Source: Polyangiales bacterium (GTDB lineage: Bacteria > Myxococcota_A > Polyangia > Polyangiales > JADJQN01). Taken from it: DNA of 64,000 nucleotides. Below the pieces are notes generated by a model. The model searched no databases. It saw only the letters and a program-made list of their open reading frames with translations, and was not told where the DNA came from. Location: contig CAXNJO010000009.1 of assembly GCA_964202905.1 (NCBI GenBank), positions 96,001 through 160,000 on the forward strand, in the 5' to 3' direction. How positions within the stretch are numbered: the stretch's first letter is position 1; every line of letters starts with the position of its first letter. Positions 55,204 through 64,000 of the stretch are shown here, piece by piece. Position numbers and translations under genes: made by a program.

Positions 55204-56208
55204 GTGGCGCGCGCGCGGGCCGCATCGAGGGCTGACGGCACGGCGCGGCCACCCGAGCGGCTCGCCGCGCTGAGCGTCGACCTCGACGAGATCGGCTGTT
55301 ACGCCGCCATCCACGGGCTCGACGCGCCCTGGGACGACTCGGCGCACGCCATCTACGAGCGCGCGATCGAGCGTTTCGCCGCGCTCTTCGCCGACGAGGG
55401 CGTCCCGGCCACCTTCTTCGTCGTCGGCGCGGACCTCGCGCGCCCCGAGAACGCCGCCCGCATCGCGCGGCTGCACGCGCGGGGCCACGAGATCGGCAAC
55501 CACTCGCTCTCGCACCTCTACGACCTCACGCGCCGCGACGCCGCCACCGTCCGCGCCGAGATCGCGGGCGGCATCGCGGCGATCGAGCAGGCGACGGGGC
55601 GCGCCCCCGTCGGCTTCCGCGCGCCCGGCTACACGGTCACGGACACGGTGTTCGAGGCGCTCGCCGCGCTCGGCGTCCGCTACGACTCCAGCGTCTTCCC
55701 CTGCCCGGCCTACTACGCCGCGAAGGCCGCCGCGATCGGCGCCATCGCCCTGCGCGGCCGCGCGAGCCAGAGCGTCGTCGACGATCCGCGCATGCTCATG
55801 GCGCCCGCCGACCCGTACCACCCGCGCCGCCCGTACTGGTGCGCAGAGGCCCGCGGCGCGGCCCGCCCCGGCGACGTGATCGAGCTGCCCATCGGCGTCA
55901 CGCGCGGCGTCACGGGCCGCCTGCCTTACATCGGGACGGACGTGGTGCTCGGGGGCGAACGCGCCGCGCGTGCACTGACCGCCGCCATCGTCGGCCGCCC
56001 GCTCGTGAACCTCGAGCTGCACGGCATCGACCTCGCGGACGCCGCCGAGGACGGGCTCGGCTGGCTGCGCCCGCACCAGATCGATCTCCGCCGCACCGCG
56101 CGCGAGAAAGAGGCCGCGCTGCGGGCCGCGATCGGCGGGCTCCGCGACGCGGGGTACCGCTTCGTGACGCTCGCGGAGGCGGCGTCCGTGTTCGGCGCGC
56201 GCGACTGA
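55204..56208 (+). CDS. Polysaccharide deacetylase (CE4)
   Basis: SVDLD, ATFFVVG, HEIGNHSLSH, GFRAPGY, YDSS. Confidence 0.9.
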   Translation: MARARAASRADGTARPPERLAALSVDLDEIGCYAAIHGLDAPWDDSAHAIYERAIERFAALFADEGVPATFFVVGADLARPENAARIARLHARGHEIGNHSLSHLYDLTRRDAATVRAEIAGGIAAIEQATGRAPVGFRAPGYTVTDTVFEALAALGVRYDSSVFPCPAYYAAKAAAIGAIALRGRASQSVVDDPRMLMAPADPYHPRRPYWCAEARGAARPGDVIELPIGVTRGVTGRLPYIGTDVVLGGERAARALTAAIVGRPLVNLELHGIDLADAAEDGLGWLRPHQIDLRRTAREKEAALRAAIGGLRDAGYRFVTLAEAASVFGARD

Positions 56209-56281
56209 ACCGCCATTCATTCGCGCGGCAGGGCGTGGAGCGCGGCAGCGCAACGGGCGAACGGCGAACGGCGCAGCGCGA

Positions 56282-57052
56282 TCAGTCGCTGACGGTCGTC
56301 CAGGCGCGGGTCGCGCGGCGTCGTACGGCCTCGGTCGCGAGGGCGTCGGCACGCTCGTTGAGCGGCACGCCGGAGTGTCCGGGCACGTAGCGCAGCTCGA
56401 CGACCGCGAGCCGCTTCAAGGCCTGCTTCACCTCGGCGACGAGCGCGACGTTGGCCTTCGCCTTCCAGCCCTTCTGCAGGACGCCGATCGCGTAGCTCGA
56501 GTCGGTGAAGATGGTGACCGCCCGAGGGTCCCCCGCGACGATGCACTCGACCGCACGGAGGATCGCGGTGAGCTCCGCGACGTTGTTCGTGCCGACCCCG
56601 AGGTACTCGCTCAGCTCGCGCCGGCGCTCGCCCTCGATCACCACGACGCCGAGCCCGCACGGCCCCGGGTTGCCACTGCACGCCCCGTCCGCGTAGGCGA
56701 CCACGCCTCCCCGCGCGAACGCGGCGGGCCCATGCTCGGCCGCGTGCGCGGCGGCGGCGGCCTCCTTGCGCGCGTCGGCGCCGAGCTTCCCGCCTCCGCC
56801 CGCGCGCGCGCCCGTGCGCGGCGGCGGTGGTGCGCCGGGCACGAGCGTCGGGTCGTCCGGGCAGGCGTCGTCGGGGAGCAGCGCGGCGCCCCCCGCGATG
56901 GCGCCGAGGTTGCGCTCGCCGGCCTGGTACGCCTTCGGCGCGCCGAGCTTGTAGCGCACCTCGACGCGGCCACCGACCGCACGCAGGCGGCCATCCGGCT
57001 CGCAACGGGCGAGCACCTTCGCGTCACGCAGCATCATCCAGCGCCAGGGCAC
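56282..57052 (-). CDS. rnhA: Ribonuclease HI with extra N-terminal domain
   Basis: YADGACSGNPG, TNNVAEL, TDSSY, VPGHSG, NERADALA. Confidence 0.92.
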   Translation of the reverse strand: MPWRWMMLRDAKVLARCEPDGRLRAVGGRVEVRYKLGAPKAYQAGERNLGAIAGGAALLPDDACPDDPTLVPGAPPPPRTGARAGGGGKLGADARKEAAAAAHAAEHGPAAFARGGVVAYADGACSGNPGPCGLGVVVIEGERRRELSEYLGVGTNNVAELTAILRAVECIVAGDPRAVTIFTDSSYAIGVLQKGWKAKANVALVAEVKQALKRLAVVELRYVPGHSGVPLNERADALATEAVRRRATRAWTTVSD

Positions 57053-57256
57053 GGGCAGCGTCTATCAGAGAGGGCGCCCCACGCACAACCGATCCGTCGC
57101 GCCCCGCCCCACGACGCGGCGGATCGCTCCGCAAAATGGTGCGGACGCGCGGCGCAAGGACGCGTCGGATGTCGCGAACCGCACTGCGAAACCGCGGTAC
57201 CCCGGCTATCTCCGCGTGGCCCGCGCCTTGCGTGGCGTCCGCGGCGGAGGTCGATC

Positions 57257-59296
57257 ATGCGTCGAACGGCAGCGCTCGGTTCCCCCCTCTCGTGCGTCCT
57301 CGTCGCGGCGGCGTGCATCCTGACGCTGCCCGCGTGCGGGCTGCTCCTCGACACCTCGCCGCCCGACCCATTCACGGGGTCAGGCGATGCCGGGGACGAC
57401 CGCGACGCACGGACGGACGACGACGCGGGACGCGATGCCGGACCGACCGACGCAGACGTCGACGCGGGGCCGACCGACGCAGGCGTCGACGCGGGCCCGA
57501 CCGACGCCGGCGTCGACGCGGGGCCGATCGACGCAGGCGTCGATGCAGGGCCGACCGACGCAGGCGTCGACGCGGGGCCGACCGACGCAGGCCCTATCGA
57601 TGCCGGGTTCGACGCGGGGCCGTGCACGGGTCGTGAGGTCGACGGCGACGGTGATGGAGTCAGCGTGTGCGACGGCGACTGCGACGACGCGAACGCGCTC
57701 GTCTACCCGAGCTTCGTCGAGCTGTGTAACGACGGCCTCGACAACGACTGCGCCGCCTCCACGCCGGACGCGTGCAGCGAGCGCCGCGCGGTCTACGTGT
57801 CCCAGCGCGTCGGCGCCGACACGAACCCAGGGACCCGCGACCGCCCCGTCGCAAGCATCACCCGGGGCATCGCGATCGCGCGCGATCTCGGCGTCCCCCA
57901 AAGCGTCATCGTCGGTGGTGGCCTCTACGTCGAGGACGTCACGCTGGTCGATCGGGTGTCGCTGCGCGGCGGCTTCCGCTGCGCCTCGGACGCGCTCTGC
58001 GACTGGGCCTTCGATCCGATCGCCGCCGAGAGCACGATCCAGAATCTCGACTCGGACGGCATCGTCGCCGACGCGACGGTGCGCGAGGAGACGGTCGTCG
58101 AGGACTTCCGCATCCTGGGCTCGGAGCCGTCCGGCAGTGAACGCGAAGAGATTGCGGGGTTCACGCTGCTCGGCGGCGCGCCGACGATCCGCGACAACGT
58201 CATCGAGGTCGGACTCGCGGGCACCACCGCCGGACTGAGGCCGCGCGTCGTCGGCGTGAGCATCCCGTCGACGGCGGGCGGGGGCACCGCACAGATCCTC
58301 GACAACGAAATCCGTGCGGGCGAAGCCGTGATCCTCTCGGCCGCGATCCGCATGAACAGCGCCACCGGGGAGCGCACGCGCGCCCGCATCGAGGGCAATG
58401 TGCTCCAGCCCGGAGAGGCGCAGCGCTCCGTGGGCCTCGTCGCGTTCAACTCGAACGACGGCACGGAGGTCGTGGACAACGACTTCCTCGTCGGGTCGTC
58501 ACGAATGGGCGTCATCCACGGCATCGAGGTCGCATCGACGATGCGCATCGCGCGGAACCGAATCCACGTCCCTCCCCCGGCGGGCACACCCGCCCCCTCC
58601 GGCTGCTCGACGTCGGGGGCGTGGTGCACCGGGATCGCGAGCGCGAGCGCGACGCTCGTCCTTGAAAACAACGTAATCTTCGGCCCCCCTGGGCCGCGCT
58701 CGACGGCGCTATTGCTTGGCGAGATCGAGGGGCCCGCCGGCCGCGTCTTGGTCGCCAACAACCTGCTCGACGGCGGCGGCGGCATCCCGTTCGGAACGCC
58801 GAGTGGCGGCGGCGACAAGAGCGCGGCCATGGTGTTCACGAACGGCCCCTGCGTGACGTGCACCCCCGGCGAGAGCCCGTTCGCGAGCCTCGAGAACAAC
58901 ATCCTGCTCGGAGGCCGCGCGACGTTTCGCTTCGGCGTCTACGAGGACCCGGTTGCCTCGGGCGGCGTCGCCCGCGACGTGTTTCCAGGCCTGCTCGCGC
59001 ACAACGTGTTCTTCTTCCGCCCCACCGCCGCTGCGGCGCCGCCGGGCGTGCTGTATCGCCGGTATCGAGGCGCCTCAGTGATGTCGATCGACGACATCGC
59101 GATGGTGAACGCGCTGACCTCTCCGCTCGCCTTCGCGAACCAGCTGGTGGATCCACAGCTCGACCCGACGTTCCACCTGCTGCCCCGCTCGGCCTGCATC
59201 GACACCGGCCTCTCCGACCGCGCCCCGCTCGACGACTTCGACGGCGAGGCACGTCCGCGCGGCGCGGGCTTCGACATCGGGCCGGACGAGTACTGA
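57257..59296 (+). CDS. Large lipoprotein: DAG repeats, MopE-like motif, DUF1565/beta-helix region, choice-of-anchor-Q-like C-terminus
   Basis: Lipobox LPAC; DCDD...ELCNDGLDNDC; GADTNPGTRDRP; FHL...S.CIDTG...DFDG..R..G..DIG.DEY; SD GGAGG. Confidence 0.8.
   Translation: MRRTAALGSPLSCVLVAAACILTLPACGLLLDTSPPDPFTGSGDAGDDRDARTDDDAGRDAGPTDADVDAGPTDAGVDAGPTDAGVDAGPIDAGVDAGPTDAGVDAGPTDAGPIDAGFDAGPCTGREVDGDGDGVSVCDGDCDDANALVYPSFVELCNDGLDNDCAASTPDACSERRAVYVSQRVGADTNPGTRDRPVASITRGIAIARDLGVPQSVIVGGGLYVEDVTLVDRVSLRGGFRCASDALCDWAFDPIAAESTIQNLDSDGIVADATVREETVVEDFRILGSEPSGSEREEIAGFTLLGGAPTIRDNVIEVGLAGTTAGLRPRVVGVSIPSTAGGGTAQILDNEIRAGEAVILSAAIRMNSATGERTRARIEGNVLQPGEAQRSVGLVAFNSNDGTEVVDNDFLVGSSRMGVIHGIEVASTMRIARNRIHVPPPAGTPAPSGCSTSGAWCTGIASASATLVLENNVIFGPPGPRSTALLLGEIEGPAGRVLVANNLLDGGGGIPFGTPSGGGDKSAAMVFTNGPCVTCTPGESPFASLENNILLGGRATFRFGVYEDPVASGGVARDVFPGLLAHNVFFFRPTAAAAPPGVLYRRYRGASVMSIDDIAMVNALTSPLAFANQLVDPQLDPTFHLLPRSACIDTGLSDRAPLDDFDGEARPRGAGFDIGPDEY
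57422..57621 (+). repeat. 27-bp coding tandem repeat (DAGPTDAGV)
   Basis: About 5-6 imperfect copies of gacgcaggcgtcgacgcggggccgacc. Confidence 0.9.
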
Positions 59297-59378
59297 TTCT
59301 GATCGCGCGCAGGCGCACGCGGCGCCGCACGGGCCACCACGCTCTCCACGGACTCGAACCGCGTTAGAGTCCCGCGCC

Positions 59379-60293
59379 ATGCGTACCCAGCCGCTCCGCC
59401 CCGCGTCCGCCGTGCTCGCCGCGCTCCTCGCGCTCCCTGCCTGCTCGAAGGAGGCGCCGCCCTCGAACGGGACGCCCGCCGAGCGCCCGCAGCCGACGAC
59501 GGCGACGCCCACGGCTGCGCCACCCGCTGCGCCGGCCGCGCCCGCGCCGATTCCGCCGCCGCCCGACGTCGCGGCGCCCCCCGCAGACGCGCAGCGGACG
59601 GCCTCGGGGCTCGCTTCGCGCGTGCTGCAGCCGGGCACGGGCACCGAGCACCCGACGACCCAGAGCCGCGTGACCGTGCACTACACGGGCTGGACGACCG
59701 ACGGGAAGATGTTCGACTCGTCCATCGCGCGCGGCGCACCCGCGACCTTCCCGCTCGGGCGCGTCATCCCCGGCTGGACGGAAGGCGTGCAGCTGATGGT
59801 GCAGGGCGAGAAGCGCCGGTTCTGGATCCCCGAGCAGCTCGCATACCGCGGCCGCGCCGGTGCGCCCGCGGGGATGCTCGTCTTCGACGTCGAACTCCTC
59901 GAGATGCAGGGGCCGCCCGCGCCGCCTCCCGTGCCGCCGGATGTCGCCGCGCCGCCCGCAGACGCCGAGCGCACGGCCTCGGGGCTCGCCTCGAAGGTGA
60001 TCGCGCGCGGCACGGGCACGCGGCACCCGGGCGCCGACGCGCTCGTGGAGGTGCACTACACGGGGTGGACGACCGACGGTCGGCAGTTCGATTCATCCGT
60101 CGCGCGCGGGCGGCCCGCGAGTTTCCCGCTGAGCCACGTGATCGCCGGCTGGACGGAGGGCGTCCAGCTCATGGTCGAGGGCGAGAAGCGGCGCTTCTGG
60201 ATCCCGGAGAACCTCGCCTACGGCGGCCGCCCCGGCGCGCCCGCGGGGATGCTGGTCTTCGACATCGAGTTGATCGGGATCCGCGGCGAATAG
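59379..60293 (+). CDS. Lipoprotein with two FKBP-type peptidyl-prolyl isomerase domains
   Basis: Lipobox LPAC; two copies of VHYTGWTTDG..FDSS..RG, GWTEGVQLM, LAY, LVFD. Confidence 0.95.
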   Translation: MRTQPLRPASAVLAALLALPACSKEAPPSNGTPAERPQPTTATPTAAPPAAPAAPAPIPPPPDVAAPPADAQRTASGLASRVLQPGTGTEHPTTQSRVTVHYTGWTTDGKMFDSSIARGAPATFPLGRVIPGWTEGVQLMVQGEKRRFWIPEQLAYRGRAGAPAGMLVFDVELLEMQGPPAPPPVPPDVAAPPADAERTASGLASKVIARGTGTRHPGADALVEVHYTGWTTDGRQFDSSVARGRPASFPLSHVIAGWTEGVQLMVEGEKRRFWIPENLAYGGRPGAPAGMLVFDIELIGIRGE

Positions 60294-60370
60294 CGTCTGC
60301 GTCGCTCGGGCGTGCCCCCCCCGGGCCCGCCACCATCGCGCCCCGAGCCGCGGACTCCGCAGCGCAGCGC

Positions 60371-60553
60371 TCAGGCGCGCGCGACGGTCGCGCCGTGCGC
60401 GACGGCGGGGCGCGTGCGCTCGGCGGGACGGCGCCCGACGGGCGGCTCCCACGCGAGCGCGACACCGGCGAGCGCGCCGAGCAGGGCGGCGACGGCGAGG
60501 GCGGCGACGAGCGGGGAGGCGGGCGAGGCGTCGGAATCGGGCGCGCGGTGCAA
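60371..60553 (-). CDS. Putative 60-aa single-TM small protein
   Basis: TTG start 7 nt after SD GGAG; GC-rich third codon positions; TM LVAALAVAALLGALAGVALAW. Confidence 0.55.
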   Translation of the reverse strand: MHRAPDSDASPASPLVAALAVAALLGALAGVALAWEPPVGRRPAERTRPAVAHGATVARA

Positions 60554-60586
60554 AGGGTGACTCCGTGGGAGAGGTGGTCGGCCTCG

Positions 60587-60602
60587 AGCAACCGGCGTGC
60601 CG
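60587..60602 (-). promoter_or_regulatory. Sigma54 (-24/-12) promoter
   Basis: CGGCACG-CCGG-TTGCT matches YGGCACG-N4-TTGCW. Confidence 0.7.
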
Positions 60603-60725
60603 GACGCAAACCCACGTTTCACAAAGGAATTCACGCGGGCCCGGCGCGCGGCGTGAACCCCGCGCCCGCTCTGCCAACCGGCGTTCACGCTCCCCGGCGG
60701 CAGCGGGCGGGCTATCCTCGCGGCC

Positions 60726-61415
60726 ATGACTTCCCTCCGCCGCGCGCCCGGCGCCCCACGGCTGGTCGCGACGATCGCCGTCGTCACGCTGTGCGCCGGG
60801 CCGCTACTCTGCGGCGCCTGCGAAGGCCCCGCCTCCCCCGGCCCGGCGGCCGCGTCGTCCGCATCGGCTCCGACGTCTGGCGGCTCGCCAGCGCGCCCGC
60901 TGCCCACCGATCATGCCGCGCCCGAACCGACCCAAGCGCCCGGGGCAGACAACGCAGGAACCGGGTCGGGGCCGCCGCCCGAGGTCGCACGCCCCTACGA
61001 CGAGAGCGCGGACGCCGACGCCGACGTCGCCGCGGCGCTCGCGCGGGCGGCGCGCGTGAACCGGCGCGTGCTGCTCGTGTTCGGGGCGAACTGGTGCCCC
61101 TGGTGCCGGCGCCTCGAGCACACGCTCACGACGGACCCGACGCTCGCGATGGCGCTCGCATCGGGCTTCGAGGTCGTGCACGTCGACACGGGTGCGCGCC
61201 GCTCGGGGAAGAACGCGGCCCTCGCCGCGCGCTACGGCGACGCCACACGGCTCGGCCTCCCCGCGCTCGCCGTGCTCTCGGCGGACGGGACGCTCCTCGC
61301 GACGCAGGAGACGGGCTCCCTCGAGGTCGGCGATCGCCATGATCCCCTCAAGATCGGGCTCTTTCTCGCGAGCATGGCCTCGCCGAGCGCCGCCGCCGAA
61401 GCGCCGGGACGCTGA
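60726..61415 (+). CDS. Thioredoxin-family lipoprotein
   Basis: Signal peptide with Cys; FGANWCPWC. Confidence 0.85.
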   Translation: MTSLRRAPGAPRLVATIAVVTLCAGPLLCGACEGPASPGPAAASSASAPTSGGSPARPLPTDHAAPEPTQAPGADNAGTGSGPPPEVARPYDESADADADVAAALARAARVNRRVLLVFGANWCPWCRRLEHTLTTDPTLAMALASGFEVVHVDTGARRSGKNAALAARYGDATRLGLPALAVLSADGTLLATQETGSLEVGDRHDPLKIGLFLASMASPSAAAEAPGR

Positions 61416-61418
61416 GCC

Positions 61419-62498
61419 GTGTCGGTGCCCGTGCGGGACTCGAAGGGACCGGTCGGCGGCGTGCGGCGCGCCCTCCTCGCGCTCGGCGCGCTGGGGCTCG
61501 CGGCGCTCGGCGTGTGGGTCGTGCTCACCTGGCGGAGCCCGCTGCCTGCGTCGCCGCTCGAGGCCGTGCCGGAGCGCTCGGTCGCGGTCGCCTCCGTGCG
61601 GCTGCGTGCGCTGCGCGCAGCGCCGGCGTGGCGGGCGCTCGTGGGCGAGGACGGTGACCGGGGCATGCGCGAGGCCGAGCGGATCTGCGGCTTCGATCCG
61701 CTCTCGCTCGTCGAGGACGCGACCCTGTTCGTGACCGGTGAAGAGGATGTCGGGCTCGAGCACGTCGGCTTCGTCGCGCGCGGCGCGGCGTTGCAGGGCA
61801 CGAGGTTCCTCGACTGCGTCCGCCGCGTCGTCGCCGAGGACCGCGGCGGGGTCCGGGAGATGCGCATCGAGGGCGAGCGCGCGCTCGCGTCCGCGCACGG
61901 CAGCGGGCGCGCGGCGTTCGTGCGGAGCGACGGCGTCGCGGGCGGCACCGAGCTGAGCGTCGCGGCGGTCATCCGCACGCTGCGCGGGGATGAGCCGAGC
62001 GCGGCGCGCGATCCGCAGCTGCGCGGGCTCTGGGAGCGCGTCGGGGCGGGCGGACGCGAGCTCGCCCTCGTCGCGCGGGTGCCCGCGGCGTGGCGGCGCG
62101 TGCTCGTGGCGCGCCTCGCCGCGCGGTCGGAACTTCGCGCGCTCACGCGGGTCGTCGCGAGTGATCTCGCGGCGCTCGTCGACGGACCGGCCGACGTGCG
62201 CGCGAGCACGTGCTCCGCGGCGCGTCGGCGGGCGCTCTGCAGCGATGGTCGACGCGGCGACCCGCGCGCGCGACGGCGCGCTCGTCGGCGCCGTGCGGCA
62301 CGCCGCTCGGCCGCGCGCTCGGCGCGCTGCGCCTGCGAGGCGGGCGGCCCCGACGCGGTCGGCAGCGTCGACCTCGACGCCGCGCAGCTGCGCGCGCTCG
62401 CGGCGCTGGTCCGCGAGGCCCTGCGCCCGGCTGCGGGGGACGCTGCGCCCGCGCCGCTGCCGACGCCCGACGCGGTGCTGCGTCCGGCCCGACCATAG
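61419..62498 (+). CDS. Hypothetical membrane-anchored exported protein
   Basis: N-terminal TM; begins 3 nt after the thioredoxin stop; Arg-rich patch at about 62200-62335 suggests compensating frameshifts. Confidence 0.6.
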   Translation: MSVPVRDSKGPVGGVRRALLALGALGLAALGVWVVLTWRSPLPASPLEAVPERSVAVASVRLRALRAAPAWRALVGEDGDRGMREAERICGFDPLSLVEDATLFVTGEEDVGLEHVGFVARGAALQGTRFLDCVRRVVAEDRGGVREMRIEGERALASAHGSGRAAFVRSDGVAGGTELSVAAVIRTLRGDEPSAARDPQLRGLWERVGAGGRELALVARVPAAWRRVLVARLAARSELRALTRVVASDLAALVDGPADVRASTCSAARRRALCSDGRRGDPRARRRARRRRAARRSAARSARCACEAGGPDAVGSVDLDAAQLRALAALVREALRPAAGDAAPAPLPTPDAVLRPARP

Positions 62499-62629
62499 CC
62501 TCGCGCCGACCGCGCGCTCTGCGCCCCCAAGACTCCGTAACCATTGAACAATACCCCGCGTCGCGCCCACGCGAAGCGCCGCACTGGCCCGTCAGCCCTC
62601 CAGCGCGGCGGCGCAGGCCCGTGAATCCC

Positions 62630-63856
62630 TCAGCGCGGCAGCGCGGACTCGAGCGCCGCGAGGAAACGCTCGGCGTCCTCGGGATCGACGCCCTCGACGC
62701 GCAGCGCGCCCGTCGGCAGCGTGCGGAGCATGAAGGCGACGCGGCCCCGACGCCCGGCGAGGAGGACGTCGAGCGCGAGGTCGAGACCCGCCCCGGCGAG
62801 CACGAGCAGCGCCCCGAGCGCGAGCAGCGAGGGCTCTCCGGCGCGCAACCCGTCGAAGCCGAGGAGCCCGCCGACGAGCACGCCCGCGGAGAGCCCCACA
62901 GCGCCGACGACGAGGCCGAGGCGCGGGTAGCGCACCTCCCGCGCCGCGCCCCCGAGGGCCGCCCAGCGCCAGGTCTCCGCGGACTCGCGCACGACCCGTC
63001 CGAAGAGCCGCGTGCTCCGCCGCACGCGCACGCCCTGCTCGCCCAGCTCGAGCTCGGCGTCGCGACGGTGGGCGGCGAGGGCGAGGAGCGCCCGCGCACA
63101 CCACGCGGCGAGCGCCCAGCCACTGACCCAGCGGAGCCCTTCGCGGAGCGGCCCGCCGCGCACGCGCCCGACGCGCCCACGCACGCGCGCAGGCCCCGCC
63201 GCGAGCCCCCCCGCCGTGCTCGGCGCCGGACCGCGCGCGAGAGCTTCGGCGAAGGCGCGCACCACGCGGTCGGGCGCTTCGGACGCCACGCGCAGCAACT
63301 CCGCCTGCGCGGCGGATGACCCAGCCAGCGCCGCGAGCCGCGCCGCCTGCCGCGCACGCGCCGCGGGGGTGGTCTCGCCGGCGCGCGCTTCGGCGATCGT
63401 GCGCTCGGCGACCGTGCGCCACACGGCCGCCCCGAGAGGCCCGGCGAGCAGGCGATCGACGAGCGGATAGACCGCGTAGGGCGAGGCGGTGTCGAGCCAG
63501 TCGGCGTGGCGCACGAAGCGCACGAGCAGCGACTCCGGCTCCCGCGCCGCCCCGAGCGCCGCGCCGAGCCCCACGACCCCGAACGCCGCGACGAGCGCGC
63601 GCTCCCGCGGCGTGCCTGGCCCTCGCTCGAGGACGTCGAGCAGGTTGCCCGCCGAGGTGCCCGCGCGCGCACGGTCGACGCCGTGCTCGCGCGCCCGGGC
63701 CTCGACGAACTCACGCCCCGTGAACAGCACGCGGCCCTCGGCCTGCCGCGAGAGCACCTCGAAGCAGAGCGCGCCGAGTGCGCGTCGTTCTGCGTGGGAC
63801 GCCACCTCCTCGGCGGCGCGCTCGAGGTCTTCGTCCCGCGCGGGATCGTTCGCCAT
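62630..63856 (-). CDS. Hypothetical membrane protein
   Basis: ATG at 63856 (MANDPARD); C-terminal TM pairs; GC-rich third codon positions. Confidence 0.7.
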   Translation of the reverse strand: MANDPARDEDLERAAEEVASHAERRALGALCFEVLSRQAEGRVLFTGREFVEARAREHGVDRARAGTSAGNLLDVLERGPGTPRERALVAAFGVVGLGAALGAAREPESLLVRFVRHADWLDTASPYAVYPLVDRLLAGPLGAAVWRTVAERTIAEARAGETTPAARARQAARLAALAGSSAAQAELLRVASEAPDRVVRAFAEALARGPAPSTAGGLAAGPARVRGRVGRVRGGPLREGLRWVSGWALAAWCARALLALAAHRRDAELELGEQGVRVRRSTRLFGRVVRESAETWRWAALGGAAREVRYPRLGLVVGAVGLSAGVLVGGLLGFDGLRAGEPSLLALGALLVLAGAGLDLALDVLLAGRRGRVAFMLRTLPTGALRVEGVDPEDAERFLAALESALPR

Positions 63857-63957
63857 GCGGCCTTGCTCGTAGCGCCCGGTCCCGCGGCGCGCAAACGCGC
63901 ATCGCCCCGCGCCGCGCGCACTGGCGCCCGCGTGCACGGGCCGCTAGCGTGCTCCCG

Positions 63958-64000
63958 ATGCGCGAAGAGGACCGGCTCGACGCGGTGCGCGACGTCTTCG
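63958..64000 (+). CDS. Start of a CDS truncated by the window edge (MREEDRLDAVRDVF)
   Basis: ATG preceded by TAGCGT-N7; too short to assign. Confidence 0.4.
   Translation, partial: MREEDRLDAVRDVF

Noticed and set aside
57422..57621. 27-bp repeats as a possible CRISPR array
   Set aside because: No unique spacers, in-frame coding repeats, no cas genes

Overview
Very GC-rich (roughly 75% by eye) bacterial chromosomal segment. Gene content points to Myxococcota (Polyangia/Sandaracinus-like): Cys-rich and DAG-repeat lipoproteins, a Ser/Thr kinase-fold protein, RCC1 repeats, TamAB, and tilS-ftsH-folP-cdaA-cdaR. It holds about 52 CDS and one initiator tRNA-Met. I found no integrase, transposase, prophage or CRISPR array. 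Housekeeping genes: thiD, serA, rluB, lepA, miaB, glmM, ftsH, tilS, folP, rnhA, manA, mntP. Several genes carry single-base insertions that look like long-read consensus errors. Most interesting signals: (1) at least 10 genes have a TAnnnT -10 hexamer only 5-8 nt before the start codon and no Shine-Dalgarno, suggesting widespread leaderless transcription; (2) a pseudokinase fused to a V4R/H-NOX-like domain; (3) an unannotated 60-aa membrane peptide behind a sigma54 promoter with candidate enhancer repeats; (4) a translationally coupled sphingosine-1-phosphate-lyase-like + MlrC/M81 pair; (5) a Rieske/cytochrome b-diheme c complex with a PEAY Qo motif; (6) glmM flipped relative to the cdaA-cdaR operon. 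Family assignments come from motif recognition, not database searches.
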